Positions 1 through 12,000 of a DNA stretch of 36,640 nt are shown here, piece by piece. A program made the translations under genes and the position numbers. Under the pieces are notes generated by a model. It did no database searches, was not told the DNA's origin, and saw only the letters and a program-made list of their open reading frames with translations. Where the stretch lies: positions 1-36,640 of the forward strand of contig CAXHJY010000295.1 in the NCBI GenBank assembly GCA_964016885.1, read 5' to 3'. Source of the DNA: Eledone cirrhosa. Taxonomy: Eukaryota. Position 1 is the first letter of the stretch; each line of letters starts with the position of its first letter.

Positions 1-152
1 TATATATTTATGTTTAGATATATGAATATATATATATATATATTTGTGTTTAGATATATGAATATATATATATATATTTATGTTTAGATATATGAATATA
101 TATATATATATATTTATGTTTAGATATATGAATATATATATATATATATATA
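1..152. repeat. AT-rich minisatellite, unit about 34-36 bp, about 4 copies
   Basis: Core TTTAGATATATGAA recurs at about 13, 49, 83 and 119, separated by (TA)n. Confidence 0.85.
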
Positions 153-1282
153 TACTAGCTCCTTCAACTGCGCAGAGGGTTCTATAGAAATAGTGGACAG
201 CTTCCGTTATCTGGGTGACAAAATCAGCAGTGGGGGAGGGTGCTCTGAAAGTACAGTAACTAGAGTCAGAACTGGATGGAAAAAGTTCAGAGAGCTTATA
301 CCACTATTAGCCGCTAGAGGGTTCTCCCTAAAAATGAAAGGCAGGTTATACGATGCCTGCATACGAACAGCAATGCTGCATGGCAGTGAGACCTGGGCAT
401 TGTGTGCAGAGGATATACGCAGACTAGAGAGGAACGAAGCTTGCATGCTCCGCTGGATGTGCAATAGTAATATACGTGAACGGCAAAGCATAAACGAACT
501 AAGGAAAAAATTAGAAATAAGAGGGATCAGATGTTGTTTACTCGAGAGAAGGCTACGTTGGTACGGTCACGTGATGCGCATGAAAGACGACAGCTGTATA
601 ACAAAGTGCAGGGCAATAAAGATAGACGGTAGCCACGGAGTAGGCAGACCCAGAAAAACATGGGACGAGCTGATAAATTCCGACCTCACACGCTTACACC
701 TCTCCAAGACAATGTCACTGGACCGAGACCTTTGGCGGTACTCAGTAATAGAGAAGACCCGCCTTACCTAAATACAAAGTAAAAACCTACTACAGTCAGT
801 AGGCATCTCTATCAAAACACACCCCCGTCCCACCACCCTCCACCCCACCCACATCGCCCCTTTCAATGTAAAGTTATGTTGGTCCCACAACATCCAGGCC
901 GAAACAAATGAGATAGTGTAGGTGTCACGACAAAAAACACACAGTCCACGCTGTAAATGTGGCCGTGTAGGCAACACGGTAAAAACCTCCCAGCCCCACA
1001 CTGTAAATGTGGTTGGTGTTAGGAAGGGCATCCAGCTGTAGAAAACCCGCCAGACAGTCCACGCTGTAATGTGGCCGTGTAGGCAACACGGTAAAAACCT
1101 CCCAGCCCCACACTGTAAATGTGGTTGGTGTTAGGAAGGGCATCCAACTGTAGAAAACCCGCCAGACAGTCCTATGCGAGCAAGACAACCACTCTTGCCT
1201 CAAGTGGGAAAACCCCCGTCCAAACCCATGCAAGCGTGGAACACGGACGCTAAACCTGATGATGATGATGATGATGATGATG
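153..1282 (+). mobile_element. RTE-clade LINE family A, 5'-truncated (ORF C-terminus, 3' UTR with internal ~113-bp duplication, (GAT)n tail)
   Basis: Translation DSFRYLG...[16 protein letters not shown]...RLRWYGHV...RGRPRKTW-like is typical of an RTE C-terminus; stop at 769-771; tail at about 1257-1282. Confidence 0.92.
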
Positions 1283-1468
1283 TATATATATATATGTATA
1301 TATATATGTATATATATATATGTATATATATATATGTATATATGAATATATATATGTATATATGTATATATATGTATATATATATATGTATATATATGTA
1401 TATATATATATGTATATGTATATATGTATATATATATATGTATATATATATATGTATATATATATATG

Positions 1469-1513
<45 letters not shown>

Positions 1514-1641
1514 GTATATATGTATATATATATATGTATATATATATATGTATATATATATAATGTATATATATATATGTATATATATATATGTATATAT
1601 ATATAATGTATATATATATATGTATATATATATGTATGTAT
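1283..1641. repeat. (TA)n/(TATG) microsatellite
   Basis: Seen directly in the sequence. Confidence 0.97.
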
Positions 1642-2118
1642 ATCATCATCATCATCATCATCATCAGGTTTAGCGTCCGTGTTCCACACTTGCATGGGTT
1701 TGGACGGGGGTTTTCCCACTTGAGGCAAGAGTGGTTGTCTTGCTCGCATAGGACTGTCTGGCGGGTTTTCTACAGTTGGATGCCCTTCCTAACACCAACC
1801 ACATTTACAGTGTGGGGCTGGGAGGTTTTTACCGTGTTGCCTACACGGCCACATTACAGCGTGGACTGTCTGGCGGGTTTTCTACAGCTGGATGCCCTTC
1901 CTAACACCAACCACATTTACAGTGTGGGGCTGGGAGGTTTTTACCGTGTTGCCTACACGGTCACATTTACAGCGTGGACTGTGTGTTTTTTGTCGTGACA
2001 CCTACACGATCTCATTTGTTTCGGCCTGGATGTTGTGGGACCAACATAACTGTACATTGAAAGGGGCGGTGTGGATGGGGTGGAGGTGGTGGGACGGGGG
2101 GGTGTTTTGATAGAGATG
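1642..2118 (-). mobile_element. RTE family A, 3' UTR-only copy with (GAT)n tail
   Basis: Near reverse complement of about 803-1282, including the 113-bp duplication. Confidence 0.92.
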
Positions 2119-2669
2119 TATATATATAATGTATATATATATATATATATGTATATGTATATATATATATGTATATATATATATATGTATATATATATAT
2201 GTATATATATATGTATGTATATATATATGTATGTATATATATATGTATGTATATATATATGTATGTATATATATATGTATATATATATGTATGTATATAT
2301 ATATGTATATATATATGTATGTATATATGTATGTATATATGTATGTATATATATATGTATATATATAATGTATATATATATGTATGTATATATGTATGTA
2401 TATATGTATGTATATATATATGTATATATATAATGTATATATATATGTATGTATATATATAATGTATATATATATGTATGTATATATATAATGTATATAT
2501 ATGTATATATATATGTATATATATATGTATGTATATATATATATGTATGTATATATATATGTATATATATATGTATGTATATATATATATGTATGTATAT
2601 ATATATGTATGTATATATATATGTATATATATATATGTATGTATATATATATATCTATATATATATGTA
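2119..2669. repeat. (TA)n/(TATG) microsatellite
   Basis: Seen directly in the sequence. Confidence 0.97.
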
Positions 2670-4282
2670 TGTACTTAGCTTTCGTCGACTTGGAGAAGGC
2701 CTTCGACAGAGTCCCCCGTTCCATTATCTGGTCGGTTCTTAGAAAACTAGGTGTTGATGAATGGCTTGTGAGAGCGATACAAGCCATGTATAAAGAAACA
2801 GTCAGCAAGGTTAGAGTTAACAACGAATATAGTGAAGAGTTTAGTGTAAAAGTTGGTGTTCATCAGGGCTCTGTTCTTAGCCCCCTAGTATTTATTATTG
2901 CCCTCCAGGCTATAACAGTTGAGTTCAAGACCGGCTGCCCTTGGGAACTCCTATACGCAGATGATCTAACGCTCATAGCTGAATCAATGGCCGAGCTAGA
3001 GAAGAAATTCCAAACATGGAAGCACGGCCTAGAATCAAAAGGACTTAAAATTAACCTGGCTAAGACTAAAGTTCTAGTTTGTAAGAAAGAAAATAAGGCG
3101 GCGGTCCCCTCCGGGAAGTGGCCATGCGCAGCATGTAGGAAAGGCGTAGGCAGAAATTCCATTTTGTGTCCCAAATGCAAAGTTTGGGTGCATAAAAGAT
3201 GTAGTGGGATCACAGGTAAGCTAACTAAGAACATAGATTTTACATGTGGCCGGTGTTCTGGGGCAATAATTAGCAGCAAGTGCCCACAAAATACTAGCTC
3301 TTTCAACTGCGCAGAGGGTTCTATAGAAATAGTGGACAGCTTCCGTTACCTGGGTGACAAAATCAGCAGTGGGGGAGGGTGCTCTGAAAGTACAGTAGCT
3401 AGAGTCAGAACTGGGTGGAAAAAGTTCAGAGAGCTTATACCACTATTAGCCGCTAAAGGGTTCTCCCTAAAAATGAAAGGCAGGCTGTACGATGCCTGCA
3501 TACGAACAGCAATGTTGCATGGCAGTGAGACCTGGGCATTGTGTGCAGAGGATATACGCAGACTAGAGAGAAACGAAGCTTGCATGCTCCGCTGGATGTG
3601 TAATAGTAATATATGTGAACGACAAAGCATAAACGAACTAAGGAAAAAATTAGAAATAAGAGGGATCAGATGTTGTTTACTAGAGAGAAGGCTACGTTGG
3701 TAGGGTCACGTGATGCGCATGAAGGACGATAGCTGTATAACAAAGTGCAGGGCAATAAAGATAGACGGTAGCCACGGAATAGGCAGACCCAGAAAAACCT
3801 GGGACGAGCTGATAAACTCCGACCTCACACACTTACACCTCTCCAAGACAATGTCACTGGACCGAGACCTTTGGCGGTACTCAGTAATAGAGAAGACCCG
3901 CCTTACCTAAATACAAAGTAAAACCTACTACAGTCAGTAGGCATCTGTAACAAAATACACCCCCGTCCCACCACCCCCACCTCATCCACACCGCCCCCTT
4001 CTATGTAAAGTTATGTTGGTGCCACACCATCCAGGCTGAAACAAATGAGATCGTGTAGGTGTCACGACAAAAAAACACACAGTCCACGCTGTAATGTGGC
4101 CGTGTAGACAACACGGTAAAAACCTCCCAGACCCACACTGTAAATGTGGTTGGTGTTAGGAAGGGCATCCAACTGTAGAAAACCTGCCAGACAGTCCTAT
4201 GCGAGCAAGACAATCACTCTTGCCTCAAGTGCGAAAACCCCCGTCCAAACCCATGCAAGCATGGAACACGGACGTTAAACGT
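2670..4282 (+). mobile_element. RTE family A, 5'-truncated (RT core, PHD-like finger, C-terminus, 3' UTR); premature stop; no (GAT)n tail
   Basis: Motifs [22 protein letters not shown] and LLYADD. TAG at 3701-3703 replaces the TAC of WYGH seen in sibling copies; natural stop at 3910. Confidence 0.93.
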
Positions 4283-4300
4283 CTATGTTCTTAGTTAGCT

Positions 4301-4305
4301 ATATG

Positions 4306-4356
<51 letters not shown>

Positions 4357-4385
4357 GTATATATATGTATGTATATATATATATG

Positions 4386-4446
<61 letters not shown>

Positions 4447-4468
4447 GTATGGTATATATATATATATG

Positions 4469-4515
<47 letters not shown>

Positions 4516-4516
4516 G

Positions 4517-4602
<86 letters not shown>

Positions 4603-4605
4603 TAT

Positions 4606-4661
<56 letters not shown>

Positions 4662-4686
4662 TATAATATATATATAATATATATAT

Positions 4687-4720
<34 letters not shown>

Positions 4721-5875
4721 GTATATGTATGTATATATATGTATGTATATGTATGTATATATATGTATGTATATGTATGTATATATATGTATGTATATGT
4801 ATGTATATATATGTATGTATTTGTATGTATGTATATATATGTATGTATATGTATGTATGTATATGTATGTATATGTATGTATGTATGTATATATATGTAT
4901 ATGTATATGTATGTATATATATGTATATATATATATGTATATATATATGTATATATATATATATGTATATATATGTATATATATGTATATATATATATGT
5001 ATATATGTATATATATGTATATATATGTATATATATATGTATATATATGTATATGTATATATATATGTATGTATATATATGTATATATATGTATATATAT
5101 ATATGTATATATATATGTATATATATATGTATATATATGTATATGTGTATATATATGTATGTATATATATGTATATATATGTATATATATATATATGTAT
5201 ATATATATGTATATATATATGTATATATGTATATATATATATATATGTATATATGTATATGTATATATATATGTGTATATATGTATATGTATATATATAT
5301 GTATATGTATATATATATATGTATATATGTATATATATATATGTATATATGTATATATATATATATGGATGTATATGTATGTATATATATATATACATAT
5401 ATATTTATGTATGTATATATTTGTATGTATATGTATATATATATATATGGATGTATATGTATGTATATATATATACATATATATTTATGTATGTATATAT
5501 TTGTATGTATATGTATATATATATATATGGATGTATATGTATGTATATATATATACATATATATTTATGTATGTATATATTTGTATGTATATGTATATAT
5601 ATATATATGGATGTATATGTATGTATATATATATACATATATATTTATGTATGTATATATTTGTATGTATATGTATATATATATATATGGATGTATATGT
5701 ATGTATATGTATATATATATATATATGGATGTATATGTATGTATATATATATACATATATATTTATGTATGTATATATTTGTATGTATATATATGTATAT
5801 ATATGTATGTATCTATATGTATGTATATATATGTATGTATCTATATGTATGTATCTATATGTATGTATCTATATG

Positions 5876-5968
<93 letters not shown>

Positions 5969-6057
5969 GTATATATATGTATGTATATATATATATGTAT
6001 ATGTATGTATGTATATATATGTATGTATATGTATGTATATATATATATATGTATATG

Positions 6058-6089
<32 letters not shown>

Positions 6090-6201
6090 TATGTATGTAT
6101 ATATATATGTATATATATGTATGTATATATATATATGTATGTATATATATATGTATATATATGTATGTATATATATGTATATATATGTATGTATATATAT
6201 G

Positions 6202-6239
<38 letters not shown>

Positions 6240-6253
6240 TATGTATATATATG
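4301..6253. repeat. Long (TA)n/(TATG)n microsatellite containing an ~80-bp higher-order repeat at about 5360-5790
   Basis: The marker GGATG occurs at about 5367, 5449, 5529, 5609, 5689 and 5727. Confidence 0.95.
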
Positions 6254-6262
6254 TTAGACAGT

Positions 6263-6383
6263 CAGACAGACAGTCCTATGCGAGCAAGACAACCACTCTT
6301 GCCTCAAGTGGGAAAACCCCCGTCCAAACCCATGCAAGCGTGGAACACGGACGCTAAACCTGATGATGATGATGATGATGATG
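6263..6383 (+). mobile_element. RTE family A, extreme 3'-end fragment with (GAT)n tail
   Basis: Matches about 1163-1282 (CAGACAGTCCTATGCGAG...GGACGCTAAACCTGATGAT). Confidence 0.9.
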
Positions 6384-6514
6384 TATGTATGTATATGTAT
6401 GTTTATATGTATATATATATGTATGTATATATACATACATATATATACATATATATGTAATATATATATATATATATGTATGTATATATACGTACATATA
6501 TATACATATATATG

Positions 6515-6550
<36 letters not shown>

Positions 6551-6592
6551 TAGGTAAATATACACGGGTGTGTATGATTGTGTATAGAAGAT

Positions 6593-6755
6593 TATATTAA
6601 TAAGAGGAATTCCAACTTTGTCTGATTTACTTGTTTTATTTACAATCCTTTAAAATTTATAATGGTATTATAAATTTTAATACCATTATAAATTTTAAAG
6701 GATTGTAAATAAAACGAGTAAATCAGACAAAGTTGGAATTCCTCTTATTAATATA
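6593..6755. repeat. Long inverted repeat/hairpin (78-bp arms, 7-nt spacer, 1 mismatch)
   Basis: 6593-6670 is the reverse complement of 6678-6755. Confidence 0.95.
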
Positions 6756-6779
6756 TATATATATATATGTATATATATG

Positions 6780-6811
<32 letters not shown>

Positions 6812-6823
6812 TGTATATATATG

Positions 6824-6887
<64 letters not shown>

Positions 6888-6899
6888 TGTATATATATG

Positions 6900-6931
<32 letters not shown>

Positions 6932-6969
6932 TGTATATATATGTATGTATATATATATGTATATATATG

Positions 6970-7001
<32 letters not shown>

Positions 7002-7197
7002 TGTATATATATGTATGTATATATATATGTATATATATGTATGTATATATATATGTATATATATGTATGTATATATATATGTATATATATGTATGTATAT
7101 ATATATGTATATATATGTATGTATATATATGTATATATATGTATGTATATATATATGTATATATATGTATGTATATATATATGTATATATATGTATG

Positions 7198-7233
<36 letters not shown>

Positions 7234-7334
7234 TGTATATATATGTATGTATATATATATGTATATATATATGTATATATATATGTATGTATATATATAT
7301 GTATATATATGTATGTATATATATATATATATAT
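6756..7334. repeat. (TA)n/(TATG)n microsatellite
   Basis: Seen directly in the sequence. Confidence 0.97.
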
Positions 7335-8502
7335 TAGGTATAGGATTATCCAAGATGTAGTGATGGTTAATTGCTACACTGGATATGGTTGACGTACGGT
7401 GAGAGGTTACTCTACGAGTTATGGAAGAATTGTTCAAGAAACTTAGTTCCTGATCCTTCTGTATTCCGGAGTGTATATAAAGAATGAATAATAACAGGTA
7501 GACATCATAAAAAGGTAATTTATTCCGTGTGCTTACAAGTGTTTCCACGGTGGTACTGCAGCCTAGTTCCGCTACGTGCAAATTCACAAGTATTTGCAGA
7601 ACTCGAATATCCAATGCTGTGACCACTGTTTCCTCAGAGCAGAATGGTAAATGTACAATGTAAAAACCCTTAAGTGGGGTTGTTGGGGAAGATAGAGTGG
7701 AACAGGAAGAGAGAAAAGTAGGGAAGAAGGAGAGAGAAGGAAAGATATGCAGGGGTTGGAGAAGTAGGAGAGAGTGGCTTGTAGATATCTTAATCAAAAT
7801 GTTATGGTAGGGGTTTTATTAGTTACTTTTGGAGAGATGGTAGATAGTTGAGGTCGGAATTATTTATTGCCCCAGAGGGCAGGTTCATAGATGTTGAGAG
7901 GGAGGTAGGTCAAAGGTGAGAGAGAGAGAGAGTGAAATGGATGTAGAGAGAGATATATAGGTAGAGAGGAGACAGATAAAGTATGTGTGGTGAGTGAACT
8001 TTTGGTTTTGTAGTAGTATTCTAGGAGTTGTACTGAGTTACCATGTATAGTGATAAGCAGTGTATTGTCTTGTAGTGTGGGGGGAAGAGAAGGTTGTTGG
8101 CTAGAAAGTGGTGTTGTAGTTACGGGTTCGAATGTTAAGTTATTTTATAGTGAGAGAATTTAGCTTTTAGTTTGTGGTTGCAGTATAATGATCGTTCAAT
8201 TCTATCGTTAAGTAGTTTGTTTTTGGATTTTAGTATGTAAAATAGCTCAAGGTTACATAATCTGCAGTACTTCAATCCACTCCGATATGCATTTGCGCTG
8301 GAAAGTATATCCCATTTTAAGGTGAACTGATGGTTGTTTTCACGGAGTTGCCAGGTCTTGTTGGCGAGCGTGGTCACAAAACGTTCTGCAAATACTTGTG
8401 AATTTGCACGTAGCGGAACTAGGCTGCAGTACCACCGTGGAAACACTTGTAAGCACACGGAATAAATTACCTTTTTATGGTGTCTACCTGTTATTATTCA
8501 TT

Positions 8503-8511
<9 letters not shown>
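7335..8511 (-). mobile_element. Penelope-like element (Naiad-type), 5'-truncated: inverted pLTR piece, GIY-YIG C-terminus, 3' UTR, pLTR with hammerhead, extension
   Basis: 8382 to 8135 encodes TTLANKTWQL...LKW...CRLCNLE...LLNDRIERSLYCNHK, homologous to the end of the ORF at 29302-31627. 129-bp inverted repeat 7474-7602 / 8383-8511 with 1 mismatch. Confidence 0.85.
7530..7641 (-). ncRNA. Type-I minimal hammerhead ribozyme in a PLE pLTR
   Basis: Minus strand reads UGCU-CUGAGGA-aacaguggu...accaccgug-GAAAC-ACUU-GUA-AGCA. Stem I 4 bp, core boxes intact, cleavage triplet GUA, AAUAAA about 10 nt downstream. Confidence 0.8.
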
Positions 8512-8550
<39 letters not shown>

Positions 8551-8560
8551 ATATATATAT

Positions 8561-8649
8561 ATTGACTATTTGCAACACAAACTTCCAGAAACCTGCCAAT
8601 CACCTAATAACCTACAAATCTGGTGAGCACATAAGCCAGATTGACTTCC
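8561..8649 (+). mobile_element. Isolated 89-bp fragment of the RTE endonuclease region
   Basis: Identical by eye to 9779-9867. Confidence 0.9.
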
Positions 8650-9000
8650 AGATTGACAACTACAATAACAACTACAGCACCAACAACTGCCACCACCATC
8701 ACTGATACCATCCACCACCACCACACTGACACCATCCACCACCGCCATTACCAGCGTAAACAAACAATTATTATTGTTATTGTTATTATATACAAGCCGA
8801 ACTGGACTGGGAAAGGTCAACAGTTGACATGATAGTGATTTTGACGATTTTGACTTTGATTTTGTATCAGTACTGTCGGTAATATATGTATATATATATA
8901 TGTTTGTGAGTGGTGTGCGTGATTGTATGCATGAATGAGTGTTGGTATGTGTGGTTGTGGTTTGTATGCATGAGTATTAGTGTGTGAGTCGTGTCAATAA

Positions 9001-9029
<29 letters not shown>
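8650..9029. repeat. Low-complexity tract: (CAA/CAC)-rich, GT-rich, then poly(T) at 9002-9029
   Basis: Seen directly in the sequence; no coding signal recognised. Confidence 0.6.
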
Positions 9030-9032
<3 letters not shown>

Positions 9033-12000
9033 GACCATGCTGTAAAATGGAGGGGTAGAGAGGGCCCTTGAGTCTAGTAAGACATCCTCTCTAGTGCTGG
9101 TGGCACAAATAAAAGCACCCAGTCCATGCTGTAAAGTGGCGCTGGTGTTAGGAAGGGCATCCAACCAGTGTATCAATGCCAAAAAGCTTATCAGCACAGC
9201 AACAAAACAGCATAGAAAAATATGAAGACGTCGCATCTCAGAGTTGCAACACTTAATGTTGGCACTCTCAGAGGTAGGTCTGCTGAAATAGCGGATATGC
9301 TGGAGAGAAGGCAGGTGGATGTGCGCTGCGTGCAAGAGGTGAGATGGAGGGGTGCCTCTGCGAGACTAGTCGTTCGCAAGCGTCTTAGCTATAAGCTATT
9401 CTGGGTAGGTAAGGATGATGGGTTAGGGGGAGTAGGCATTTTCCTGGCTGAGAAATGGATCAATAAGACAATAGAGGTAGTTCGAGTTAGTAATCGAATA
9501 ATTAAGCTTAGATTAGTTGTAGGTAGGAGACTACTGACGATCATCTCGGTCTATGCTCCCCAAGCAGGCCTAGGCAAAGATGAGAAAGACTGCTTTTATG
9601 AGCAACTTTTGCAAACAACCACAATGACAGAGGACGGAGACATCGTTATGCTAGCAGGAGACTTCAATGGTCATGTTGGACAGCTCCAGGATGGTTACAC
9701 TGGGGTACATGGTGGGCACGGTTACGGTTCAAGAAATGAAGAAGGAGTGAGACTTCTTGAATTTTGTGATGCAAGTACATTGACTATTTGCAACACAAAC
9801 TTCCAGAAACCTGCCAATCACCTAATAACCTACAAATCTGGTGAGCACATAAGCCAGATTGACTTCCTGCTAGTTAGGCAGCGGGACAGGCAGATAGTGT
9901 CTAATACCAAGGCATACCCTGGGGAAGAATGTACCCCACAGCATAGGTTAGTTGTTAGTGATATCTCAGTAAGCAAGAGATGGAATGAGACATATAGGAA
10001 GGTGTGGAGAAGAAAGGTCTGGAAGCTAAAAGACCTTTCACTAAAATTCAAATTTAGAAAAGCCCTTCAAGATGTATATGACGAAAAAGAAGACGATTTA
10101 GAGACGTATGACATAGATAATAACTGGAAGTTCTTACGTGACAACTTGCTGAAGGCTACTGATGAAACCTGTGGCTGGAGCAGAGCTCCAACCAGACAGA
10201 GAGTGACCTGGTGGTGGAACAGCAGTGTAGATAAGGCTATTAGAGACAAAAGACTAGCGTGGAAGGCTTGGAATAAGGGTGGGAGTAGGGAAGAATATAC
10301 AGCCACTAAGAGAGAAGCTAGACGTCAGGTGTACTTAGCACGCAGGGAGGCAGAGAGTAGGAGGTTTGCCAATGTTCTGCGACGGGAAGATCAGAGGCGT
10401 GCGGTGTTCCACATTGCAAGGCAGTGTGTCAATGCAAATCAGGATGTTGTTGGTGATAAATGTGTCCGGGATGATGCCGGTGTACTTAGTGTCACGAATG
10501 ACCAGAAAAAGGAGGCCTGGAAATGTCATTATGAGAGACTGATGAATGTGGAGAACGAATGGGAGAGAGAGAAATTACCCTTGGTAGATCCGACAGAGGG
10601 ACCAGCTATTGAGATTGACGAATATAGGGTCCAAGAGGCGATTAGGGAAATGAAAAATGGTAAGGCGGCCGGACCATCGGGAATAGTTGCTGAGATGCTG
10701 AAGGCATCAGGGGACGTAGGCACTAAACTGGTTGCACGCATAATCAATCAGGCTATATATGGTGGTGTCATACCCAAAGACTGGTGCAGCAGTATTCTCA
10801 TAAATTGCTACAAAGGTAAAGGGGATGCTTTGGAGAGGAGCAATTATAGGGGTATAAAACTGATAGATCAGGTTATGAAAGTGGCAGAAAGGATTTTAGC
10901 ACAACTAATTAGAGAAAGGGTCAAACTAGATGAGATGCAGTTTGGTTTTGTGCCTGGGAAGAGTACAACAGATGCCCTCTTCTTGGTGAGACAAATGCAA
11001 GAGAGGTTCTTAGAGAAGAATAAGCCACTATACTTAGCCTTTGTTGACCTAGAGAAGGCCTTTGATAGGGTACCCCGATCTGTCATCTGGTGGTCCCTAA
11101 GGAAGCTGGGTGTTGAGGAATGGCTTGTAAGGACAGTGCAAACTTTGTACAGAGGTACTCTCAGTAAAGTCAGGGTAGGAATGGAGTTTAGTGAGGAATT
11201 CCAGATACAAGTAGGAGTACATCAGGGTTCGGTCCTCAGCCCGCTCTTGTTCATTATAGTCCTCCAAGCCATAACAGAGGAGTTTAAGACTGGCTGTCCA
11301 TGGGAACTTCTCTATGCTGACGATCTGGCTCTTATGGCAGAATCAGTAGAGGAGCTAGAGAATAAATTCCGGCTATGGAAACAGCCGTTGGAAGCAAGAG
11401 GACTGAGAGTAAATCTAGCTAAGACAAAAGTGTTGATGAGTAGAAAAGAGGACAAAACCCTGATTCCGTCAGGGAAATGGCCATGTTCGATATGCAGAAA
11501 AGGAACTGGCATAAATTCTATAAAATGCACACAATGTAGGTCCTGGGTACACAAGAGATGTAGCGGGATAGCAGGCAAACTAACAGGTAGGGAGAACTAT
11601 GTATGCAGTAGATGTACAGGGAAATTAGACAGTAGAAGTCGCACTGATAGACACATTTTTCAAATGCGAGAGGGCGCTATAGAAGTGGTGGATAGCTTCC
11701 GGTACCTAGGAGATCAGATTAGCATGGGAGGAGGGTGTTCCGAGGCCATAGTATCTAGAATAAGGACGGGTTGGAAGAAGTTTAGGGAGCTGCTTCCTCT
11801 GTTGACGAAGAAGGGATTCTCCCTGCGTACGAAAGGCCGGTTGTATGATGCCTGTGTGAGGAGCGCGATGCTGCATGGTAGTGAGACATGGGCAGCTACC
11901 GCAGAAGATATGCGACGGCTGGAGAGAAATGAGGCAAGCATGCTCCGTTGGATGTGCAGTGTAAATGTGCGTGAACGACCCAGCATAAATGTGTTGAGAG

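Noticed and set aside
1256-1282. CTGATGA at RTE 3' ends looks like a hammerhead core box
   Set aside because: It arises from C plus the (TGA)n tail; no stem II, GAAA or cleavage site follows.
1642-2118. UTR-only copies (also 6263-6383 and 19592-20023) as an independent SINE family
   Set aside because: Their 5' ends differ and all are nested within the family A 3' UTR, with no tRNA-like head or A/B boxes seen; simple 5' truncation explains them.
5360-5790. Regularly spaced repeats (also 1-152) as a CRISPR-like array
   Set aside because: No unique spacers, low complexity, no cas genes, eukaryotic retroelement context.
8641-8832. Thr/His-rich 63-aa ORF resembling a mucin fragment
   Set aside because: Explained by a degenerate (CAA/CAC)n low-complexity tract; no splice or homology support visible.
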